The position numbers were made by a program, and so were the translations under genes. 13,547 bases of DNA. It comes from Halothiobacillaceae bacterium. GTDB lineage: Bacteria; Pseudomonadota; Gammaproteobacteria; Halothiobacillales; Halothiobacillaceae. The notes under the pieces are model-generated. The model was not told the DNA's origin. It searched no databases and was given only the letters and a program-made list of their open reading frames with translations. Of the stretch, positions 7,954 to 13,547 are shown piece after piece (position 1 is the first letter of the stretch; each line of letters opens with the position of its first letter). The stretch is taken from positions 1 to 13,547 of the forward strand of contig JAQVHL010000059.1 of assembly GCA_028696185.1 (NCBI GenBank). Direction: 5' to 3'.

Positions 7954-9171
7954 ATGTCGCACCAGATCATGGCTGTGGAAAACGGCAAGCCGGTCAAGAT
8001 GTGGACCGAAGGTGTCCCGGTGGAGGACGATGCACGCCGGCAACTGGCCAACACCGCGCGCATGCCGTTCATTTACGGGCATCTGGCGGTGATGCCGGAC
8101 GTACACCTGGGCAAGGGCTCGACCATCGGCAGCGTCATCCCCACCCAGGGCGCGATTATTCCGGCGGCGGTCGGTGTGGACATCGGCTGCGGGATGATGG
8201 CTGCGCGCACTTCGCTTGTGGCCGCCGATTTGCCCGACAACCTGCATCCTCTGCGTACGGCCATCGAAAAAGCGGTGCCGCACGGGCGCAGCGTGGGGCG
8301 AGGGCGGCGCGACGTGGGGAGCTGGGAAAATCCGCCGGCGAACGTGGATGCGCAGTGGGCCGCGCTGCTGCCTGGCTTCAACCGCATCACCGAAAAATAC
8401 CCGCGCCTGAAAAACACCAATCACTACAAGCATCTGGGGACACTGGGTACCGGAAATCATTTCATCGAAGTCTGCCTGGACGAGTCCGAACGGGTCTGGT
8501 TCATGCTGCATTCGGGGTCGCGTGGCGTGGGCAATGCCATTGGCAGCCTGTTCATCGAACTGGCGCAACAGGACATGCGCCAGCATATCGCCAATCTGCC
8601 GGACCGGGACCTGGCGTATTTTGAGGAAGGCAGCGTGCATTTCTCCGATTATGTCGAAGCGGTTGGCTGGGCGCAGGACTATGCCCGCCGCAATCGAGCG
8701 GCGATGATGGAAAATGTGATTGCCGCAGCGAGAACAGTGATTGCCAGGCCCTTCCGGGCCGACATCGAGGCGGTGAATTGCCACCACAACTATGTGCAGC
8801 GCGAGACGCACTTCGGCGCCGAGATTCTGGTGACCCGCAAGGGTGCGGTATCGGCCCGAAAGGGCGAGCTGGGCATCATCCCCGGCTCCATGGGCGCAAG
8901 GAGCTACATCGTGCGCGGTCTGGGCAATGAGGCGTCGTTCTGTTCCTGCAGCCACGGCGCAGGACGCGCGATGAGCCGGAACGAAGCGCGGCGTCGCTTC
9001 ACGCTCGATGACCAGATCCGCGCGACCGAGGGCGTTGAATGCCGCAAGGATGAAGCCGTCATCGACGAAATTCCCATGGCCTACAAGGACATCGACGCCG
9101 TGATGCACGCCCAGCGCGAACTGGTGGAAGTGCTGCATACGCTACGTCAGGTCGTGTGCGTGAAGGGGTAA
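7954..9171 (+). CDS. rtcB: RtcB RNA ligase (joins 3'-phosphate or 2',3'-cyclic phosphate ends to 5'-OH ends)
   Basis: The 405-aa product is near-collinear with E. coli RtcB: KMWTEGVPVE, MPDVHLGKGSTIGSVIPT, GTGNHFIE, NCHHNY, SCSHGAGR, and the C-terminal EVLHTLRQVVCVKG. GAGGA at 7940-7944 sits 9 nt before the ATG at 7954. The upstream in-frame GTG at 7921 and ATG at 7948 are less likely. Confidence 0.95.
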   Translation: MSHQIMAVENGKPVKMWTEGVPVEDDARRQLANTARMPFIYGHLAVMPDVHLGKGSTIGSVIPTQGAIIPAAVGVDIGCGMMAARTSLVAADLPDNLHPLRTAIEKAVPHGRSVGRGRRDVGSWENPPANVDAQWAALLPGFNRITEKYPRLKNTNHYKHLGTLGTGNHFIEVCLDESERVWFMLHSGSRGVGNAIGSLFIELAQQDMRQHIANLPDRDLAYFEEGSVHFSDYVEAVGWAQDYARRNRAAMMENVIAAARTVIARPFRADIEAVNCHHNYVQRETHFGAEILVTRKGAVSARKGELGIIPGSMGARSYIVRGLGNEASFCSCSHGAGRAMSRNEARRRFTLDDQIRATEGVECRKDEAVIDEIPMAYKDIDAVMHAQRELVEVLHTLRQVVCVKG

Positions 9172-9190
9172 GAGCGCAAATGTGCGCTCT
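9171..9190 (+). other. Perfect 8-bp stem / 4-nt loop hairpin (AGAGCGCA-AATG-TGCGCTCT) between the rtcB stop and the rtcA start
   Basis: Seen in the sequence and overlapping the rtcB TAA. No U-tract follows, so it is more likely an intercistronic processing or stability element than a terminator. Confidence 0.35.
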
Positions 9191-9220
9191 ACCATGACAG
9201 GGGCTTCCTTGCAGGGGGGA

Positions 9221-10249
9221 ATGATGGAGCCGATCGAACTGGATGGTTCGCAGGGCGAGGGTGGCGGCCAGATCCTTCGCAGCGCGCTGAGCCTGTCGAT
9301 GATTACCGGTAAGCCGTTCGTGATCGAACGCATACGGGCGCGGCGTGCCCGGCCGGGCCTGTTGCGCCAGCATATTACCGCCGTGCTCGCGGCGGCGGAA
9401 ATCTCGCAGGCGCAGCTGAGCGGGGCCGAGCTGGGTTCCTCGACCCTGCGCTTTCAACCCGGTCCGGTACGCGGAGGAGAGTACCGCTTTGCCATCGGCT
9501 CGGCGGGCAGTTGCACGCTGGTGCTGCAAACCCTGCTGCCGGCGCTCTGGTTTGCGGATGCGCCCAGCCGGGTGTCGATCCGTGGGGGAACGCACAATCA
9601 GGCCGCGCCCACGGCGGATTTCCTGATCCACAGCTGGCTTCCGCTCATGCGGCGGATGGGGGTGCACGATACGCTGACCTTGCTCCGGCACGGCTTTTAT
9701 CCGGCCGGCGGGGGCGAGATCGAAGCCTGCATCGAGCCGGTCGGCGCCTTGCGTCCCCTCGTCCTGGATGCGCCGGGTGAGCTGGTCTCCATGCAGGCCC
9801 GCGTGCTTCTTGCCGGCGTTGCTGGTGACGTGGCGCGGCGTGAGCTGGGCCGTCTGCGTGAGCGTCTGGGGCCCCTGGAGGGGCGGATCGAGGCCCTGCC
9901 CGCCTGCGAGGGGCCGGGCAATGTCCTGAGCGTCGAGCGGACACATGCCGGGCTTTCCCTGCTGTTTACGGCCATCGGCACAAAGGGGGTGTCGGCGGAA
10001 AAGGTGGCCGATCAAGCAAGTGAGGCGGTTCTGCGCCATGCGCGCAGTGGCGCGGCGGTGGAGGAGTATCTGGCGGACCAGCTTGTCTTGCCGATGGCCT
10101 TGGCCGGCGGTGGTCGTTTCAGCACGTCCACGCTGTCCTCGCACCTGCGTACCCAGTGCGCGGTGATCGGGCGGTTTCTTGGGGTCGATTTCACGTTCAC
10201 CCCAATGCAGGGCGTCGTCGTAGTCGGCGTGGGTGAGTTGGCAGGATAA
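9221..10249 (+). CDS. rtcA: RtcA RNA 3'-terminal phosphate cyclase
   Basis: Strong collinearity with E. coli RtcA: IELDGSQGEGGGQILRSALSLSMITGKPF, RAKPGLLRQH-like, GGEYRFAIGSAGSCTLVLQTLLPALWFAD, LLRHGFYPAGGG, YLADQLVLPMALAGGG. The ATG at 9221 is chosen because it matches the homologue N-terminus. The in-frame ATG at 9194 and the listed ORF start at 9182 are possible alternatives. Confidence 0.9.
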   Translation: MMEPIELDGSQGEGGGQILRSALSLSMITGKPFVIERIRARRARPGLLRQHITAVLAAAEISQAQLSGAELGSSTLRFQPGPVRGGEYRFAIGSAGSCTLVLQTLLPALWFADAPSRVSIRGGTHNQAAPTADFLIHSWLPLMRRMGVHDTLTLLRHGFYPAGGGEIEACIEPVGALRPLVLDAPGELVSMQARVLLAGVAGDVARRELGRLRERLGPLEGRIEALPACEGPGNVLSVERTHAGLSLLFTAIGTKGVSAEKVADQASEAVLRHARSGAAVEEYLADQLVLPMALAGGGRFSTSTLSSHLRTQCAVIGRFLGVDFTFTPMQGVVVVGVGELAG

Positions 10250-10350
10250 AGCTCGGAGGAGCCCCGGTTTTCAAGTGAGGCGGTGCCCGGTCCGGTCCTG
10301 CAGATAGACCCAAGCATTCCTTGAAATGGGAAACGCAGCGCACTAGACTT

Positions 10351-10372
10351 GTTCCATTATTTGTACAAGTAG
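10351..10372. promoter_or_regulatory. Candidate yefM-yoeB operator: 8-bp palindrome TTGTACAA (10361-10368) with an adjacent degenerate half-site TTGTTCCA
   Basis: E. coli YefM/YoeB autoregulation uses palindromes with a TGTACA core. This one sits 18 bp upstream of the yefM ATG, and a GAGG RBS (10374-10377) follows. Confidence 0.5.
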
Positions 10373-10385
10373 CGAGGCTATATCC

Positions 10386-10643
10386 ATGCGCGTGGTGAAT
10401 TTTTCTGAAGCTCGTAACAGCCTCAAAAATGTAATCGATCAGGTCATCAACGATGCGGACTACACGGTGATTGTGAGACGGGATGCCCCCAATGCCGTCG
10501 TGATGTCGCTGGATACCTTCAACGGACTCATGGAGACCGTCCATCTGTTGAAATCGCCAGCCAATGCGACGCATCTGGCCCGTTCCATTGACCAGTACCG
10601 CCAGGGGCTGGTTTCGCAACGAGATCGGGTTGATGCCGACTGA
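10386..10643 (+). CDS. yefM: YefM antitoxin (Phd/YefM family)
   Basis: The 85-aa product (MRVVNFSEARNSLKNVIDQV...VVMSLDTFNGLMETVHLLKSPANATHLARSID) aligns along its length with E. coli YefM. Its stop overlaps the downstream toxin gene. Confidence 0.9.
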   Translation: MRVVNFSEARNSLKNVIDQVINDADYTVIVRRDAPNAVVMSLDTFNGLMETVHLLKSPANATHLARSIDQYRQGLVSQRDRVDAD

Positions 10644-10908
10644 GGAAAACGTGCTCACGCTGACGTGGACTTTGGCGGCCTGGAGTGATTACGAATACTG
10701 GCAAGGCCAGGATCGCAAAACACTCAAGCGCATCAATGCGTTGCTCAAGGACTGCCTGCGTCATCCGTTTGAGGGGATCGGCAAGCCTGAGCCCTTGAAA
10801 GAGAATCTCTCGGGTTTCTGGTCACGCCGCATAGACGATACGCATCGCCTGGTCTACTGCGCCGATGGGCAGTCGCTGGTAATCATCGCTTGCCGTTATC
10901 ACTATTAA
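10633..10908 (+). CDS. yoeB: YoeB toxin (ribosome-dependent mRNA interferase, RelE/ParE superfamily)
   Basis: The C-terminal 80 aa align with E. coli YoeB, including HPFEGIGKPEPLKENLSGFWSRRIDDTHRLVY...IIACRYHY and the catalytic end. The ATG at 10633 overlaps the yefM 3' end by 11 nt. The GTG at 10651 (SD GAGGA 10642-10646) is an alternative start that gives a product of E. coli YoeB length. Confidence 0.9.
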   Translation: MPTEENVLTLTWTLAAWSDYEYWQGQDRKTLKRINALLKDCLRHPFEGIGKPEPLKENLSGFWSRRIDDTHRLVYCADGQSLVIIACRYHY

Positions 10909-10929
10909 CGCTCCGCCTCGGTCTCTTGC

Positions 10930-10961
10930 CCGATGGGCCGGCTTACTCGGCGGCCCATCGG
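10930..10961. terminator. GC-rich 11-bp stem / 10-nt loop hairpin (CCGATGGGCCG ... CGGCCCATCGG) between the convergent yoeB and decarboxylase genes; possible bidirectional terminator
   Basis: A perfect 11-bp inverted repeat seen in the sequence. There is no clear U-tract on either strand, so the intrinsic-terminator call is tentative. Confidence 0.4.
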
Positions 10962-10987
10962 CAGTCTGTGAGGGAGGGGGGGTCGAA

Positions 10988-13240
10988 TCAGTCTTTCACG
11001 CAGTCGATGTAGTAGTGCTTCTTGCCGTCGATGTCCTCGGCGACCAAGCCGTGGATGTCGGTTTCGAAGCCCGGCAGCTGTTCGTTGAATTCCCGCGCGA
11101 AGCGCAGGTAATCGACGATGGTGCGGTTGAAGCGTTCGCCGGGAATCAAGAGCGGAATGCCCGGCGGGTAGGGGGTGACGAGGCTGGCGGTAATGCGGCC
11201 TTCCAGCGCGTCAATGGGCACGCGCTCGATCTGGCGGTGGGCCATCTTGGCCCAGGCGTCGGCCGGGCGCATGGCGGGGACCATGTCGGAGAGATACATC
11301 TCGGTGGTCAGCCGTGCGACATCGTAGCGCTTGTACAGATCGTGCAGGCGGGAGCAGAGATCCTTCAGCCCCATGCGTTCGTATTGCGGATGGTGGGCGA
11401 TGAATTCCGGCAGGATGCGCCACAGCGGCTGGTTGCGGTCGTAGTCGTCCTTGAACTGCTGCAGGGCGGTGACGAGGGTGTTCCAGCGGCCCTTGGTGAT
11501 GCCGATGGTGAACATAATGAAGAAGCTGTACAGGCCGGTCTTCTCCACCACCACGCCGTGTTCGGCCAGATAGCGGGTGACGATATTGGCGGGAATGCCG
11601 GTTTCGGCGAATTCGCCGTCCACATCGAGCCCCGGTGTGATGATGGTGGCCTTGATGGGGTCGAGCATGTTGAAGCCGTGCGCCACATTGCCAAAGCCGT
11701 GCCAGCGGTCGCCGTTCTGGATCATCCAGTCTTCGCGCTTGCCCAGACCCTCTTCGGGCAGGTAGTCCGGCCCCCAGACCTTGAACCACCAGTCGGCGCC
11801 CCATTCGGCGTCGACCTTGCGCATGGCGCGGCGGAAATTGAGCGCTTCGGCCAGCGATTCGTCGACGAGCGCGGTGCCGCCCGGCGGTTCCATCATGGCC
11901 GCTGCCACGTCGCAGGAGGCGATGATCGCGTACTGCGGCGAGGTGGAGGAGTGCATCAGGTAGGATTCGTTGAAGATGTCGCGGTCGAGTTTGCGCGTCT
12001 GCGCATCCTGCACCAGGATCTGTGAAGCTTGTGAGAGCCCGGCCAGGAGCTTGTGGGTGGACTGGGTGGAGAACACCATCGACTCCCGGCAGCGCGGACG
12101 TCCTTCGCCGATGGCGTGGTAGTCGCCGTAGAACTCGTGGAAGGCGGCATGCGGCAGCCAGGCTTCGTCGAAGTGCAGAGTTTCGATCTCCCCATCCAGC
12201 AGTTCCTTGATGGTTTCGACGTTGTAGAGCACACCGTCATAGGTGGACTGGGTGATGGTGAGCACGCGCGGTTTCTTGACGGCGGCCTCGCGGGCGTAGG
12301 GGTGTGCTTCGATTTTTTTCTTGATGTTTTCGGGCTTGAACTCATCGAGCGGGATCGGGCCGATGATGCCGAAATGGTTGCGCGTCGGCGTGAGGAATAC
12401 CGGGATCGCGCCGGTCATGATGATCGCGTGCAGGATGGATTTGTGGCAGTTGCGGTCCACTACCACGATATCGCCCGGTGCCACCACGCTGTGCCATACC
12501 ATCTTGTTCGAGGTGCTGGTGCCGTTGGTGACGAAGTACAGGTGATCGGCGTGGAAAATGCGCGCGGCATTACGCTCGGAGGCGGCCACCGGGCCGGTGT
12601 GGTCCAGAAGCTGGCCAAGCTCCTCGACGGCGTTGCATACGTCGGCGCGCAGCAGGTTCTCGCCGAAAAACTGATGGAACATCTGTCCGACCGGGCTTTT
12701 CAGGAAGGCCACGCCACCGGAGTGTCCGGGGCAGTGCCAGGAGTAGGAGCCGTCTGCCGCGTAACCGGTCAGGGCGCGGAAAAAGGGCGGCGCGAGGGTG
12801 TCGAGATAGGCCTTGGATTCGCGGATGATGTGACGCGCGACGAACTCCGGGGTGTCCTCGAACATGTGGATGAAGCCGTGCAGCTCCTTGAGCACATCGT
12901 TGGGGATGTGGCTGGAGGTGCGTGTCTCGCCATAGAGGAACAGGGGAATGTCCGCGTTGCGGAAGCGGATTTCCTCGACGAAGGCGCGCAGCTGGCGTAC
13001 CACATGGAGTTCTTCCTCCGGTACCCCGGAATTGAATTCTTCATCGTCGATGGACAGGATGAACGCGGATGCGCGGCTCTGTTGCTGCGCGAAAGTGGAT
13101 AGATCCCCGTAGCTGGTGACGCCCATGACTTCGACGCCTTCGTCCTCAATGGCCTTGGCCAGGGCGCGAATGCCGAAACCGCTGGCGTTTTCGGAGCGGA
13201 AATCTTCATCGATGATGACGATGGGGAAGCGGAATTTCAT
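10988..13240 (-). CDS. Orn/Lys/Arg decarboxylase family enzyme, large wing-domain type (LdcA/CadA/LdcC-like; probable lysine or arginine decarboxylase; PLP fold type I)
   Basis: About 750 aa. The N-terminus MKFRFPIVIIDEDF begins a response-regulator-like wing domain. Core segment SWHCPGHSGGVAFLKSPVGQMFHQFFGENLLRAD...LLDHTGP...FVTNGTSTSNKMV...DRNCHKS, and the PLP-lysine motif FSTQSTHKLLAGLSQAS. The closest resemblance is to Pseudomonas LdcA and E. coli CadA/LdcC. The ATG at 13238-13240 is chosen from the homologue N-terminus; the upstream ATG at 13273 is possible. Stop TGA at 10988-10990. Confidence 0.9.
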   Translation of the reverse strand: MKFRFPIVIIDEDFRSENASGFGIRALAKAIEDEGVEVMGVTSYGDLSTFAQQQSRASAFILSIDDEEFNSGVPEEELHVVRQLRAFVEEIRFRNADIPLFLYGETRTSSHIPNDVLKELHGFIHMFEDTPEFVARHIIRESKAYLDTLAPPFFRALTGYAADGSYSWHCPGHSGGVAFLKSPVGQMFHQFFGENLLRADVCNAVEELGQLLDHTGPVAASERNAARIFHADHLYFVTNGTSTSNKMVWHSVVAPGDIVVVDRNCHKSILHAIIMTGAIPVFLTPTRNHFGIIGPIPLDEFKPENIKKKIEAHPYAREAAVKKPRVLTITQSTYDGVLYNVETIKELLDGEIETLHFDEAWLPHAAFHEFYGDYHAIGEGRPRCRESMVFSTQSTHKLLAGLSQASQILVQDAQTRKLDRDIFNESYLMHSSTSPQYAIIASCDVAAAMMEPPGGTALVDESLAEALNFRRAMRKVDAEWGADWWFKVWGPDYLPEEGLGKREDWMIQNGDRWHGFGNVAHGFNMLDPIKATIITPGLDVDGEFAETGIPANIVTRYLAEHGVVVEKTGLYSFFIMFTIGITKGRWNTLVTALQQFKDDYDRNQPLWRILPEFIAHHPQYERMGLKDLCSRLHDLYKRYDVARLTTEMYLSDMVPAMRPADAWAKMAHRQIERVPIDALEGRITASLVTPYPPGIPLLIPGERFNRTIVDYLRFAREFNEQLPGFETDIHGLVAEDIDGKKHYYIDCVKD

Positions 13241-13383
13241 GGGGGCGTCACCGTGAAAGCAGGGGGAATGCATCCGGCAGTTTACCGGGTGAATGTGTCG
13301 TTCGTGTCACCGGTTCGATCAGGGGGTGCCGCTTCGTTCGGTGGATGGAAGGCGCGATCCGACGCGCGACATTTTACGCGCTT

Positions 13384-13415
13384 GCAATGCGCGCGTCTTG
13401 CGCGATTTGCATTGC
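13384..13415. promoter_or_regulatory. Imperfect inverted repeat GCAATGCGCGCG-TCTT-GCGCGATTTGCATTGC in the decarboxylase upstream region; candidate regulator operator
   Basis: The 7-bp outer arms GCAATGC/GCATTGC and the inner GCGCG arms were read directly. The repeat lies about 150 bp upstream of the decarboxylase start, on the promoter side. Confidence 0.3.
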
Positions 13416-13547
13416 CCTGTGTCGGTGTTGGCCGTCACGGGGTGTTACAAAAAGAAGGTTTGCGGACAAATTCAGTGCCGGATTCCCAGCCCTCCTTGGA
13501 GGCGCCATGGCCTGACCTGCTCCAGCCGGCTTCCACAGGCCAGTCCA

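Noticed and set aside
10250-10300. Possible rtcBA terminator (GCTC-GGAG-GAGC followed by CCCCGGTTTT)
   Set aside because: The stem is only 4 bp with a short T-run. It is too weak to assert, and read-through into yefM-yoeB cannot be excluded.

Overview
This is a GC-rich (about 65-70% GC) proteobacterial chromosomal segment with short AT-rich intergenic islands. From left to right it carries:
(1) an MT-A70-family N6-adenine DNA methyltransferase with a C-terminal HTH tail (- strand), in lower-GC DNA, with a tandem 12-bp GATC-containing palindromic repeat in its promoter region;
(2) an AI-2E/PerM-family transporter (+);
(3) a 654-aa U32-family protein of the RlhA/YdcP type (-);
(4) a complete Rtc RNA-repair locus. 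rtcR (CARF + sigma54-AAA+ + HTH, - strand) is divergent from an IHF site and a sigma54 -24/-12 promoter. A roughly 480-bp leader follows, containing two tRNA-like elements: a 48-nt acceptor/T-arm minihelix ending in CCA, and a 71-nt cloverleaf-like pseudo-tRNA. Downstream come an SPFH/band-7 (slipin-like) gene, rtcB and rtcA;
(5) a yefM-yoeB toxin-antitoxin pair with a TGTACA operator;
(6) a large wing-domain Orn/Lys/Arg decarboxylase (LdcA/CadA-like, - strand), convergent with yoeB across a GC hairpin.
The most unusual content is the tRNA-mimic RNA(s) embedded in the sigma54-driven rtc leader together with an SPFH gene and no Ro60 gene. The orphan methyltransferase with its self-proximal GATC palindromes is the second item worth attention. 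All long antisense ORFs in the track are treated as GC-driven artefacts.
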